Shown: positions 1 to 9,935 of the stretch, in pieces
Layout: every line of letters begins with the position of its first letter
Position numbering within the stretch: the stretch's first letter is position 1
From: an uncultured delta proteobacterium
GTDB lineage: Bacteria > Desulfobacterota > Desulfobacteria > Desulfobacterales > Desulfosalsimonadaceae
Direction of reading: 5' to 3'
Assembly: GCA_963826785.1 (NCBI GenBank)
Contig: CAWGYD010000008.1
Location: 96,001-160,000 of the forward strand
DNA length: 64,000 nucleotides
The notes under the pieces: generated by a model
What the model saw: only the letters and a program-made list of their open reading frames with translations
Databases searched by the model: none
What the model was told of the DNA's origin: nothing
Made by a program: the position numbers and the translations under genes

Positions 1-95
1 AGCATGTTCTTTTGATGCACTCCGTCCCTTTCGGGGACAACCGTGAGCGGCCCTTCCTGGAAAACTGATGACTTTTTTTACTGTAATTACCGAAT

Positions 96-250
96 CTGGT
101 TATCCGGAATACTCCAGTTAGAATTCCGAATTCAAAGTCCCCCTTTGGAAAAGGGGGATTTAGGGGGATTTGGCGCCTCCCGGGAGAAATCCCCCCCCCC
201 CTTTTCAAAAGGGGGAGAAAAACGATTACTGGATTTTTCGGGATAAACAG
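96..250. mobile_element. MITE-like element, copy 1
   Basis: Termini CTGGTTATCCGGAA / TTCGGGATAAACAG are imperfect inverted repeats. Flanked by direct repeat ATTACCGAAT (86-95 and 251-260). Near-identical to 9777-9935. Confidence 0.8.
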
Positions 251-283
251 ATTACCGAATATCTAGTCTGAAATCGATAATGG

Positions 284-1093
284 CTATGGCAATGGGACGA
301 ATTTAAAATCGCTTAATAGCCGCTCAAAGCGTCCCATGGTTTTACTGAGATTGTTATAATGCCGGAACCTGGATATAAGCTTCGCCTGTTTAAACCGGGG
401 CTGCTCGCAATCGATTTCCCACGGATGCAGGTAAAACAGGAAAGGTCTTCTTTCTTTCTTGTTTATTCGTTTAAGGGCAAGTCGGGTGAGCCAGTAGGGA
501 AATAATCTGAAATACCCCCCCCCGGCGATTGGAATTTTTTGTCCGCAAAAGAGTGCCGTGCTGATCGGAAATTCCACCATACCCTTCTGGGGCAGGTTAT
601 AGCGAAAACGCGGGGATTCAGGAATTCCGCATACATCATGCAAGATCGGAAAGATGCTCGAATCAGTGGTGAACCCCAGTTCTTCAAGAATATCCAGCGC
701 CCACAGCGACTTTTTGGTAATCGAATAGCTCGGGGCCCGATAGGATGTGATTTTTTTGCAGCAAATGCTTTCCAAAATGGTTTTTGCCTTAAGCGTATCT
801 TCCCGGAACTCTTCCGGTGTAAGGTCATATATTTTTCGGTGCCAGAAGCTGTGGCATCCGATTTCATGCTTGTCGGCCATAATGGATCGAACGATCCGCG
901 GATGCTTTTCAGCAATCCATCCCACGACAAAAAACGTCGCCTTTACCCGGTGTTTTTTCAGCAATCCCAGGATGAGGGTTGTGTTTGCATGAATCCGCTG
1001 ATCCATGGCATCCCAGTCGGCAGGAGAGATGATATCCCCGAACGCTGAAACCTGAAAATAATCCTCAACATCTATGGTCAGGTAATTATTCAC
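284..1093 (-). CDS. Polysaccharide deacetylase, PEP-CTERM/XrtA-locus type
   Basis: LTIDVEDYFQV, ATFFVVGW, HEIGCH, YRAPSYSI, GGGYFRL and YLHPWEID motifs. Confidence 0.92.
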   Translation of the reverse strand: MNNYLTIDVEDYFQVSAFGDIISPADWDAMDQRIHANTTLILGLLKKHRVKATFFVVGWIAEKHPRIVRSIMADKHEIGCHSFWHRKIYDLTPEEFREDTLKAKTILESICCKKITSYRAPSYSITKKSLWALDILEELGFTTDSSIFPILHDVCGIPESPRFRYNLPQKGMVEFPISTALFCGQKIPIAGGGYFRLFPYWLTRLALKRINKKERRPFLFYLHPWEIDCEQPRFKQAKLISRFRHYNNLSKTMGRFERLLSDFKFVPLP

Positions 1094-1113
1094 TTAGCAG
1101 TGCAATAAAACAT

Positions 1114-1668
1114 CTAATGGACGGGTTCGACGCAGTGTTCATCAATTTCAACCGATAGGGCCTGCATGATGCTGCTGATTGAAATTACCAGCCTGCAATG
1201 CCTGTCTTTTCGAACGATCATACCTTCGATATCTTTCATCGGCCCTGTTTTGATGCGGACCCGCTGCCCTTCCTGCGTAAAATCCCAGGGAAGCACCGGA
1301 GCGCCTCCTGACAGAGTTTGCTGGACCTGGCCCAACTCTCCGATGAGTTGTTTTTGATCTTTAACTTCAATCATCCGGGCTATGTGATTGGATTTAAATG
1401 CCTTGTGACGGTCCGCATCGTCTGCCTTGAGAAAAAGGTATCCACTGAAAAGCGGCACCTGGCTGAAACGGATACGGTTTTGACTGATCTGGCGCTTTTG
1501 AAACATTGGCAAATAGTAGCCGATGTTTGCTTGCTCCAGGTAATTGGCCAGCGCTTTTTCACGCCGGCTTTTGGTATGGACCACCCGCCATGGATTATCA
1601 TCTTTGCTGCAGATCAAGATGTCATTCGGGAAGAGCGGCTTCGGATTTTGTCCAGTACTTAGCGTCAT
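1114..1668 (-). CDS. NusG-family antitermination factor (RfaH/UpxY-like paralog)
   Basis: NGN domain (WRVVHTKSRREK, PLFSGYLF) and KOW domain (GQRVRIKTGPMKDIEG). Lies in a polysaccharide locus. Confidence 0.88.
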   Translation of the reverse strand: MTLSTGQNPKPLFPNDILICSKDDNPWRVVHTKSRREKALANYLEQANIGYYLPMFQKRQISQNRIRFSQVPLFSGYLFLKADDADRHKAFKSNHIARMIEVKDQKQLIGELGQVQQTLSGGAPVLPWDFTQEGQRVRIKTGPMKDIEGMIVRKDRHCRLVISISSIMQALSVEIDEHCVEPVH

Positions 1669-1747
1669 GTCACAACTTTTCTAATTGTTTTTCAAAAATA
1701 CCATTTTGCCGTTATCCGATACAAAGCGGCATCCGCTTGCACACATG

Positions 1748-1759
1748 CAAACTACCGCC
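1748..1759 (-). promoter_or_regulatory. ops-like element GGCGGTAGTTTG
   Basis: Exact match to the ops consensus GGCGGTAGnnTG, about 80 nt upstream of the NusG paralog. Overlaps the last codons and stop of the PEP-CTERM gene. Confidence 0.55.
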
Positions 1760-2147
1760 TGGAAGGCAATCTTCTGCGAATAACCCCGCCGAAAACAATA
1801 AGGCCAGCCCCTACCAGCATCATGGTCGAAGGCTCTGGAACGGGTTGTGGATCGCTGGAATTTACAAAATTCATTCTTTTTAGGCCTGCCCGGCCTGCAG
1901 CCCGCGGCGGGATCACCAACTTCTCATTTGCTGAGTGCATCCAATGATATGAAAAACCCGGAAATCGATTCAGGACTGTATGAACATTTAATTCTGAAAA
2001 AATTTCGCTTTCAGTATGATATAGATCAAAATCTTTTGAATACGGGTGATGCCCTGGTTTTTGAAAAGGGGCGGGAACTGCAGCTGCAGAACCTGCAAAA
2101 ATGAAAAAACACACTATTGCTGTCACTATTTTTAAAAGCCGCCTCAT
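1752..2147 (-). CDS. PEP-CTERM sorting-domain protein
   Basis: GGAGG RBS before MRRLLKIV, signal peptide, and C-terminal VPEPSTMMLVGAGLIVFGGVIRRR. Confidence 0.9.
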   Translation of the reverse strand: MRRLLKIVTAIVCFFIFAGSAAAVPAPFQKPGHHPYSKDFDLYHTESEIFSELNVHTVLNRFPGFSYHWMHSANEKLVIPPRAAGRAGLKRMNFVNSSDPQPVPEPSTMMLVGAGLIVFGGVIRRRLPSRR

Positions 2148-2186
2148 GGCCGTATCCTCCTTTTTTTCGTAATAATATACACATAG

Positions 2187-2202
2187 AGCAATTCCCATGC
2201 CA
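2187..2202 (-). promoter_or_regulatory. sigma-54 -24/-12 promoter
   Basis: TGGCATGGGAATTGCT on the minus strand with canonical GG/GC spacing, 40 nt upstream of the PEP-CTERM start. Confidence 0.8.
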
Positions 2203-2326
2203 TGGCGTCGGGCAGAGATCCTATCTGTAAAAATGGCGACATCTCCCTGAATTCATGAACTTAATTTTTGTGAAAAAAAGAATTTTTGGTAACTAAAATG
2301 AAGGGGGGGAAATCCTTTAATGCGGT

Positions 2327-2514
2327 TTTTTCCGAAAATTCGGAAAAATTTTCAGGTGAATCGAATCATTGCTTGATAAATTTATATCAATAGGGTCAAA
2401 GGTCAGTATCCCATTGTCTTACTTCGTTTTTCGATGGTATTTTCGGAAATCTACATAGATTTGATTTTTGAGAATTTCCGGAAATCAGGAATTTTTTCCG
2501 ATTTTCCGGAAAAA
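2327..2514. promoter_or_regulatory. Cluster of TCCG-N6-CGGA palindromes (candidate enhancer sites)
   Basis: TTTTTCCGAAAATTCGGAAAAA (2327-2348), TTCCGGAAATCAGGAA (2476-2491) and TTTTTCCGATTTTCCGGAAAAA (2493-2514). Confidence 0.55.
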
Positions 2515-2615
2515 CCCGTGTGAGAGGGCTCTATGTTTGCCGGAAAGAATACAATATTGGCGCGTTAAATCGGAGGGAATCAATCGTATCAGAGAAAAAT
2601 GAATGGCGACGCTTC

Positions 2616-3167
2616 TCAAATCTCACATTCAATGGGCATAAGATAGGGCGGTCTCGCTCTCATCTCTTTGAAGATGAGCCCTGTTTCGAAACATTCCATA
2701 ATATTTTCAATAACTCTGTGCCAGCAAATCTGTGCAAATCCCTGGAGTTGGGGAATCGTAAAATGATGATCAAAATTATAAATCAGCCACGCACCGGCCG
2801 GAATCTGTTTTCTTGAAAGAATGCGCATGCCGCTTGCGCTGTAATCAATTGTAATTGCCATTTCAGCAAAATCGTTCGTCAGATTGCCATCTGAATTGCA
2901 GGAACGGATCAGGACTTTTTGCTGAATCAAATTTCTTTTAAACTGCCGCCTGCTTCCGTTAATGTCTTTTACCGAAAGCGTTTTCTCTTTTTTCAGTTCC
3001 CGAGACTTTTCATAAAACCGGCATTTTGAATATATGGGAGAAAGGCAATGCGTGAGGAGGTTTTCTTTTGAAGGCAGGTAAAATCCATCAGTGCACAGAC
3101 TGCATGTTTGCATGTCCTGTAAAAAATATGGACATCTCCCTACAATACTGTTTTCCGATTCCTGCAT
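2616..3167 (-). CDS. PilZ-domain protein with Cys-rich N-terminus
   Basis: RRQFKR (RxxxR) and DYSASG (DxSxxG) motifs. N-terminal CPYF..CSLC..HC..KC. Confidence 0.75.
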   Translation of the reverse strand: MQESENSIVGRCPYFLQDMQTCSLCTDGFYLPSKENLLTHCLSPIYSKCRFYEKSRELKKEKTLSVKDINGSRRQFKRNLIQQKVLIRSCNSDGNLTNDFAEMAITIDYSASGMRILSRKQIPAGAWLIYNFDHHFTIPQLQGFAQICWHRVIENIMECFETGLIFKEMRARPPYLMPIECEI

Positions 3168-3243
3168 GATGTATCAGCCACCTTGCGCCGCTGGCAATGA
3201 TAAGGGAAAATCACAGGCATCAATTTCTGCCCCCCATCTGCAA

Positions 3244-3259
3244 TGCAAAGCGAATGCCA
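3244..3259 (-). promoter_or_regulatory. sigma-54 -24/-12 promoter
   Basis: TGGCATTCGCTTTGCA on the minus strand, upstream of the PilZ gene. Confidence 0.7.
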
Positions 3260-4846
3260 TCAATTGCAAATTTGCTTGAATTTCTTTGGATTTATTCCGT
3301 AACGTTTCATTTTTTCGTAAAAAGTCGTTTTTGACAGGCATAATTGATTTGCCGCATCATCTATCTTCCAGTTGCAGTTTCTGAGCGCCCCGGAAATCAT
3401 TTCTGCCTCAAAAATAGAAACACTCTCCTTGAGAGACAGATCATTCAGTTTTTCAAATAGTTGCTCAGGAACTAATTGAGACTTCAGGGGTTGAGCTTCA
3501 AGTTTAAGACCCAGATCATTTGGTGCAATCATTCCATTTTTGGACAGCAGCACAGCGCGCTTAATGACATTATCCAACTCCCGGATGTTGCCAGGCCAGT
3601 TATATTCCAATAACAGTTCCATCACACTCGTAGGCAGAAAAGTGATTTCCTTATTGTAGCGCTCCCTGTATTTGACAAGAAAATTCGTTGATAACAGGAC
3701 AATATCTTCCTTGCGTTCGCGAAGCGGCACCTGGTGCAGGTTGATCACATTTAGACGATAATACAGATCTTCACGGAATGTGCCGGCTTTTACGGCAGCG
3801 CTTAAGTCCTTGTTCGTGGCGGCAATTATCCTGACATCCACTGAGATCGGTTTGTTCGAACCCAAACGGAAAAGCTGCCCATCCTGGAGCACACGCAGCA
3901 GGGAAGCTTGCATCTTGGGGCTGATATCTCCGATTTCATCAAGAAAGATGGTCCCCCCGTCTGCCTCCTCGAATTTACCCTTGCGGCCTGTTGCCGCCCC
4001 GGTGAAAGCGCCTTTTTCAAAGCCAAAGAGATCACTTTCGAGTAAGCTTTCCGCAACAGCAGAGCAGTTAAACCGAATATAGCGCTTATCCGCCCGGCTG
4101 CTCTGCTGCTGAACCAGATCCGCCACCAGCTCCTTGCCCGTTCCTGATTCTCCGGTTATCAGAATAGTGGCATCAGAATCCGCCACTTGATAGATCAACT
4201 CCCGGATTGCACGGATCGGCTTGCTTTCGCCAATCATTTTCTCCCTGCCGATCAGCCCTTCGGTTTCTTTCTTTAAAAAATTGATTTCAGAATACAGCTG
4301 CTGTCTTTCCATCTCATTTTCTTTCAGAGCGGCGATTCTTTCCCTTAAAACGGCTTCGATATTCTTGCTGTATTTTTCCAGCTCGAGTTCATGCAATTTT
4401 TTCTGCGTTACGTCTCTTAGAATCAATAAGTTGAGATTGTCCTTGCGGTATCCGATGAAAGGGACATAGCCATATTCCACGTAGAAAGGACCGGTAAGCG
4501 TTCTTTCAAACATCTGGCCATACCGCTGCTCGGAATTCTGGCACCTGAAAGGGCATAAATCCGTTTCGCAGGGACTTTCGAGTCCGGCGATCACCTGGTA
4601 ACATCTATTGCCTTGCTGATTGCCAAATCGGGATTTTGCCGCCGTATTCATGCGCTCGATCAGAAAATTATCTCTTATGATCAGAAGCATATCCGGCAAT
4701 AAATCGAAAAGCACTTTTGTGTTTTGCGCCAGACGATCGATTTCCTTGTCAATGCTTATGACTCTTTCCCGCATGGAGGCCATCTCGACTAACCCGGTTT
4801 TTTTCATCATCGGCGAATGCAGTAAGGAATCGTTAAATTGCACCAT
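3260..4846 (-). CDS. PAS-containing sigma-54-dependent transcriptional activator (Fis HTH)
   Basis: GESGTGKE, GAFTGA, FLDEIG and WPGNIREL motifs, C-terminal HTH, N-terminal PAS-like region. Confidence 0.92.
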   Translation of the reverse strand: MVQFNDSLLHSPMMKKTGLVEMASMRERVISIDKEIDRLAQNTKVLFDLLPDMLLIIRDNFLIERMNTAAKSRFGNQQGNRCYQVIAGLESPCETDLCPFRCQNSEQRYGQMFERTLTGPFYVEYGYVPFIGYRKDNLNLLILRDVTQKKLHELELEKYSKNIEAVLRERIAALKENEMERQQLYSEINFLKKETEGLIGREKMIGESKPIRAIRELIYQVADSDATILITGESGTGKELVADLVQQQSSRADKRYIRFNCSAVAESLLESDLFGFEKGAFTGAATGRKGKFEEADGGTIFLDEIGDISPKMQASLLRVLQDGQLFRLGSNKPISVDVRIIAATNKDLSAAVKAGTFREDLYYRLNVINLHQVPLRERKEDIVLLSTNFLVKYRERYNKEITFLPTSVMELLLEYNWPGNIRELDNVIKRAVLLSKNGMIAPNDLGLKLEAQPLKSQLVPEQLFEKLNDLSLKESVSIFEAEMISGALRNCNWKIDDAANQLCLSKTTFYEKMKRYGINPKKFKQICN

Positions 4847-4848
4847 CT

Positions 4849-6228
4849 CTACCGAGCGCCTTTCTGATACAGAACCACTTTAATTGTCTGAAAAATTGTC
4901 AAAAAATCTATGCCGGTGGAAAGGTTTTTGATGTAATACAAATCATATTCAAGCTTGCGCAATGCATCTTGAACAGAGGACCCATAAGGGTAGTAAATCT
5001 GAGCCAAACCGGTAATCCCCGGCTTGATCACATGCCGATTATTATAATACGGTATGTCTTTTGCCAGCGCTTCGACAAATACAGGCCGCTCCGGCCGGGG
5101 TCCGACAAAACTCATGTCTCCCTTGAGCACATTGATCAATTGCGGCAGTTCGTCGATCCGAAATTTCCGGATAAATCTGCCGACTTTCGTTATCCGGCTA
5201 TCGTCCTTGGCGGCCCATATCGGTCCGTTTAATTCTGCGCTCTCGACCATTGAACGAAATTTTATGATCTGAAAAGTTTTCCCATTTTCACCAACGCGCT
5301 CCTGGCGGTAAAATATTCGTCCATTGGTTTCAAGTTTGATCATTAGCGCACATACCAGGAAAACCGGCAGCGTAATGATAAACAATGTCGCAGCGGCCAG
5401 TACATCCAGGATGCGCTTTATCATCCTTCTAAACCGGCTGATGTGGAATCCCTCTGAAAAAACGATCCATGAAGGGTTCACCCATTCCACTGGAACTTTC
5501 CCGACCAATTCTTCATAAAACCTTGCAGCTTGTATGATTTCAACTCCAAGAAATTTAAATTGAATAAGTGTATGCAATGGCATTCCGCGCTTTTCATCCA
5601 GCGCCACCACGATCTTCCCTATGGCGTGACGCTGGCAAAGTTCCCGCAAGTCTTCCACCTCGCCAAAAACAGGCAATTCCCTTGGCAAACCAGTACCAAC
5701 CCGGTCTCCGACAAGGGCAATGATCTTATAACCGGAATCCTTTTTCTTTTCGATTTCTTCTATGATTTCTCGCGCATAAACGCCTGTGCCGATTATCGCG
5801 ATCGGTTTGACAAACATCCGGTTTTCAAGAATTTTGAAATAAAAAAAACGCCAGAAAAAAACCGCAAGGCCGATAGCGGATATCCCGTACCAGAAAATCC
5901 GATCGGAAATATTTACAATTGGAAACAAATGATAAATCAACGCCAGTATGATGCAGCCCAGACCAAATGTCTGGGCCACCTTCAACATGTGGTCAGAGAT
6001 TGTGGGAAGTATTTTAAGATCGTACAAATCAAAATAGTAAAAGCACAAATGAAATACCAGGGTGACAATAAATGCCCGCAAGAGATAAAGAGAGATTAAC
6101 GCCTCAAATTCTGATGTCCCCGCCCAGGCAATAAATACGATGTTTATGATGAGAAAAATTAAAATTCCCTCACCAAATATGAACAGCAGATTTCTCCACG
6201 GATAATATCTTTTAAGAATATGCGGCAT
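4849..6228 (-). CDS. Undecaprenyl-phosphate priming glycosyltransferase (PEP-CTERM system sugar transferase)
   Basis: N-terminal TM helices; KRILD, KFRSM, RIDELPQL, VGPRPERP and KPGITGLAQ motifs. Confidence 0.93.
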   Translation of the reverse strand: MPHILKRYYPWRNLLFIFGEGILIFLIINIVFIAWAGTSEFEALISLYLLRAFIVTLVFHLCFYYFDLYDLKILPTISDHMLKVAQTFGLGCIILALIYHLFPIVNISDRIFWYGISAIGLAVFFWRFFYFKILENRMFVKPIAIIGTGVYAREIIEEIEKKKDSGYKIIALVGDRVGTGLPRELPVFGEVEDLRELCQRHAIGKIVVALDEKRGMPLHTLIQFKFLGVEIIQAARFYEELVGKVPVEWVNPSWIVFSEGFHISRFRRMIKRILDVLAAATLFIITLPVFLVCALMIKLETNGRIFYRQERVGENGKTFQIIKFRSMVESAELNGPIWAAKDDSRITKVGRFIRKFRIDELPQLINVLKGDMSFVGPRPERPVFVEALAKDIPYYNNRHVIKPGITGLAQIYYPYGSSVQDALRKLEYDLYYIKNLSTGIDFLTIFQTIKVVLYQKGAR

Positions 6229-6253
6229 GATTAAAAGCCCTAAAGGATTAACT

Positions 6254-7094
6254 TCAATAGTGGTAATATCCGTTTCCTTTTTTTCTGGACAGGAAGCTCT
6301 CTATTTTGTTTTCAGGGCATGCATTAAATACCAGTCCCACGATTTTTTCAGGCCCTATCGTATCTGCAAACTTTTTAATCTGTTCTCTGCTTGAAACACC
6401 GTGGCGAACCACAAGAATAACGCCGTCAATATGTTTGGCCAGCACACTCGTTTCAGAAGCCACGCCGACAGGCGGGCTGTCAAAGAGGAAAATACTTTCC
6501 GGATACCGGTCCGCGAGTTCGTGAATAAATGAGATCATTTTGCCCGAACTCAGCAGTTCGGATGGATTTGACGGCGATTTGCCGCTCGGAATCAGCGAAA
6601 GTTTCGGCTGTCCCGTTTTTCTGACGAACAGCGAAACATCGGCATCATCCTGCAAATAATCGACCAGACCGGCTTCATTGGTAATTCCAAATAACGGGGC
6701 GATGGCGGGGCGTCTAAAATCACAGTCCAGGATCATGGCGCGATACCCCAGGTCTTGAGAAATCGCGATGCCTAAATTCGCGCACACAAATCCCTTGCCC
6801 TCATGCGGCATTATACTGGTAACGAGCAGTGTTTTGCACTTGCGCTCCAGGGATGAATCCAGAACTGCGAACCCTAAGACGGCGTAAATTCTCAAAAAAA
6901 GGAGAATTCTGTTTTATGGCAAGCTGCAAACGGGCGTCCCAGTGGTCACACCGGAAAAATTCGAGATCTGAAGCATCTTCCATAAAGGCGGCAGATCTTT
7001 CCCCAAATTGAGAATTGATTTCACTTGATGGGACAAAATTCATCGCACGTTTTTTTCGAGATGTTTTTTCAAATGCCTTCGACAGCTTGCCCAT
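6254..7094 (-). pseudogene. BY-kinase (CpsD/CapB-type tyrosine autokinase), frameshifted near 6872
   Basis: N-terminal ORF (MGKLSKAFEK..FENLRRLR) and C-terminal ORF (LLVTS..EGKG, DCDFRRP, FDSPP, terminal YYHY) are in different frames and join on removal of 1 nt. Confidence 0.75.
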
Positions 7095-7183
7095 GTTTAA
7101 TCCTCATTGTGAATTGAACGTGCAAATCCATCTCTTTTTCTAAAAACCGGCCGTACGCGACACCAAAGTCATATTTCCGGTTT

Positions 7184-8767
7184 CTATGCAAAAATAAGTG
7201 CCCCGGTACTCCAGAAATACAGGGTTGCCGTAATCAATGCCAGTACCCAGATGGCAAAAAAGAGATACCACAAAATATTTTTGATTTTCTGGCGTTTAAG
7301 TTCAAAATCGGTAAAAATCAGTGGCAAGGTACAGGTCACGGGTATTTGCAAATAATCTTCCATTTCTTTCTGGTTTTTAAAAGAAGGATCTAAGAAATCA
7401 ATACCCAGAACGAGTACTGCGCCCACCGCAAGCCCGATCGCCATTGACGAGATCAAGATCTTCAAAAAAGATCCTTTAACAGGTGTCTCCGGTAAATATG
7501 CGGGATCCACGATCTTGAATTGACTTCCTTTCTGCCGTATTTCCAAACTTTCGGCGGCTTCGGCCGCCAGGCTCTGCGCCACGAGGGCGTCATGATATCT
7601 TTTGAGTTCATCATAGTCTCTCGTCAAATCCGACCATTCGGCTTCACGGATCGGCGATGCATCTATCCATTTCTGATAGGTTTTAATCTGGCTCAGAATG
7701 TTTTCGCTCTCTTTTCGCAGGTTTTTCAGATCCAGATCAATCTCCTTTAACTGGATCGAAAGTTCCTGGATGCGCGGATCAACCGCCTCCATAACGGACA
7801 CGGCTTCTTTGCTGTCCGGGTCTTTGAAATTTGAAATTTCGGATTCAAGATTTTCGATCCGCTTTTCTATTCGCCTGACACTCGGATGCTGTTTCGTATA
7901 CCTTGCCAGCAATTCATTTCGGCTATTGCGCGCATTGGCAAGTTCAGTCTGGAGTAAGCCTGCCTTGGTTTCAGGCACAGCGACATCAGCATTAAAAGCC
8001 GCTTTTTGAAGGTTTTTACGGACTTCAAGCTGCTCCGAGGCAAGCAGACGGGTTTGTTCAAGCCCCTGAATATTTGTCTGTATCGCCTGAAACTGCGACT
8101 GCAACGTATTTAACCGGGTGACATTCGAGGCGCGCTGATCGCGCATTTCATTGTAATATTTCAGTTTATAATCCCGCATTTGGGATTCTTTTTCATGAAG
8201 GGTGACTTTGGACATTCGAAGTTCCTCCTGGATATAAGAGGCCCTTTCCCTTGCCCGCTCCTCCCTTACGCGAATATTTTCCTCAATGAATTTCGCCGCC
8301 AGTGCGTTGGTGACCTGCCTGACGGTATTCGGATTCTTGCCTCTGAAAGAAATGGTGAAGACATTACCCGTCTTTCGGCCAAGATCGATATCAATCGCGT
8401 TCTTGCGCAGTCGTTCAATGATATCTTCTTTGGCCGCGTTTTCTCGCATTTCAGCGTAGAGATTGAATTCCTCGATTATTTTCTCGAGATTTGTCCGGCT
8501 CAACACCTGCTGGGCGATCGTATTGACCATTTCACCGATTTGCACTTTTTCATCCGGAGACAATCGGGACGGATTTATTCTTTGCTCCTGATAAATAATG
8601 GAAGCACTGGACTGATAGATCTGCGGCGTTCTCAGATAATACGCATACCCGGCAGTGACAGCCAATAAAAGCATCACGATAATCAACTTGTGCCGGCTGA
8701 GTAACAGATTCAAATATTTATATATGATCTGAATCTGGGGTTCCTGTGCATTCATTTGATATCCCAT
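7184..8767 (-). CDS. Polysaccharide chain-length determinant (Wzc/GumC membrane component)
   Basis: N-terminal TM, long coiled coil, FKIVDPAYLPETP motif, C-terminal TMs. Confidence 0.88.
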   Translation of the reverse strand: MGYQMNAQEPQIQIIYKYLNLLLSRHKLIIVMLLLAVTAGYAYYLRTPQIYQSSASIIYQEQRINPSRLSPDEKVQIGEMVNTIAQQVLSRTNLEKIIEEFNLYAEMRENAAKEDIIERLRKNAIDIDLGRKTGNVFTISFRGKNPNTVRQVTNALAAKFIEENIRVREERARERASYIQEELRMSKVTLHEKESQMRDYKLKYYNEMRDQRASNVTRLNTLQSQFQAIQTNIQGLEQTRLLASEQLEVRKNLQKAAFNADVAVPETKAGLLQTELANARNSRNELLARYTKQHPSVRRIEKRIENLESEISNFKDPDSKEAVSVMEAVDPRIQELSIQLKEIDLDLKNLRKESENILSQIKTYQKWIDASPIREAEWSDLTRDYDELKRYHDALVAQSLAAEAAESLEIRQKGSQFKIVDPAYLPETPVKGSFLKILISSMAIGLAVGAVLVLGIDFLDPSFKNQKEMEDYLQIPVTCTLPLIFTDFELKRQKIKNILWYLFFAIWVLALITATLYFWSTGALIFA

Positions 8768-8813
8768 ATTGAAAAGCCCGGTGTTTTAATGAATAGAGAT
8801 TTCCTCGATGCGG

Positions 8814-9425
8814 TCAGGGGACGACAATCGTATCCCCCGGTCGGATCAGAACCACTTGCCCCAGGCTGTCTCCGCCCAGAAAGTCATCATAATCAAAATA
8901 TAAAATTTTTTCCGATGTCCCCGGTCCGTTTACAATCATGATCCGGGATTTTTTAGCCCATTCAAGGAAACCGCCCGCACGGGCGATTGCCTGAAGAACC
9001 GTTATGGGCTGGGTGATGATGAATTCTCCGGGCTGGCCGACTTGACCGAGAACATAATAGACCTTTTCCCTGCTCGCACTGAGAATGACCGTAACATCTG
9101 CCACCTCGATAAATTTCGTGAGCTTGGCAGATATTTTCTCAGCAAGGGCCGGCGGTGTAAACCCTTCTGCGACTAAATCCCCGGTGAGGGGCAGAGAAAT
9201 TCTGCCATCGCTTCGGATGGTAACGTTTCGAGATATTTCAGGCTCCCCGTGCACGACAATATCCAAAACATCGCCGACGCCCAGTTTATAAATACCTGGA
9301 TCGCTGTCTACGGTTTGCTGCTGCTGGGCCGCAACCGAAGGGCTGCAAATCATGAAAACGGATGCGGCCCAGAAACACATCATCAAATTCAACATTCTGA
9401 GCAACTGATTCGATCTGCAATCCAT
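8814..9425 (-). CDS. Polysaccharide export protein (Wza/Poly_export + SLBB)
   Basis: YKLGVGDVLDIVV, IRSDGRISLPL, YVLGQVGQPG and PGDTIVVP motifs. Start uncertain. Confidence 0.88.
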   Translation of the reverse strand: MDCRSNQLLRMLNLMMCFWAASVFMICSPSVAAQQQQTVDSDPGIYKLGVGDVLDIVVHGEPEISRNVTIRSDGRISLPLTGDLVAEGFTPPALAEKISAKLTKFIEVADVTVILSASREKVYYVLGQVGQPGEFIITQPITVLQAIARAGGFLEWAKKSRIMIVNGPGTSEKILYFDYDDFLGGDSLGQVVLIRPGDTIVVP

Positions 9426-9776
9426 TTTTTGATTTCTTTTAAGCGCGCCGCCTGCGGCAGAAATTAAGAAAAGCATATTTCACCTGCTCATTACTTGGTT
9501 AGTGTAAATCGTTAAGAACTTTATTTCCTTAATTCTGATATCTCCAGACCATCCTGTCAAATGGATCAAAAAAATGAGGTGATCATCAAGATTTCAGTAG
9601 CATCGCCGGTTTTTGCAACTGACAGGGCCGGATGAACTGCATCGCAGCCCATCTCAACAGGTAATATTTTCGAGGGCCGTTTCGATGAAAAAAAATTATG
9701 ACGCCTGCATATCCGGCGACAGGGATTCCGCTGCTTTGACAAAGCGCTTCATCAGGCACAATAAATTTATCCAAAT

Positions 9777-9935
9777 CTGGTTATCCGGAATACTCCAGTT
9801 AGAATTCCGGATTCAAAGTCCCCCTTTGGAAAAGGGGGATTTAGGGGGATTTGGCGCCTCCCGGGAGAAATCCCCCCCGCCCCCCTTTTCAAAAGGGGGG
9901 AGAAAAACGATTACTGGTTTTTTCGGGATAACCAG
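9777..9935. mobile_element. MITE-like element, copy 2
   Basis: Same element as 96-250. TIR CTGGTTATCCGGAA / TTCGGGATAACCAG. Flanks TTATCCAAAT / ATATCCAAAT. Confidence 0.8.

Noticed and set aside
43..246. ORFs containing SPPLEKGDLGG (also 9613-10005)
   Set aside because: Translations of the MITE, not genes.
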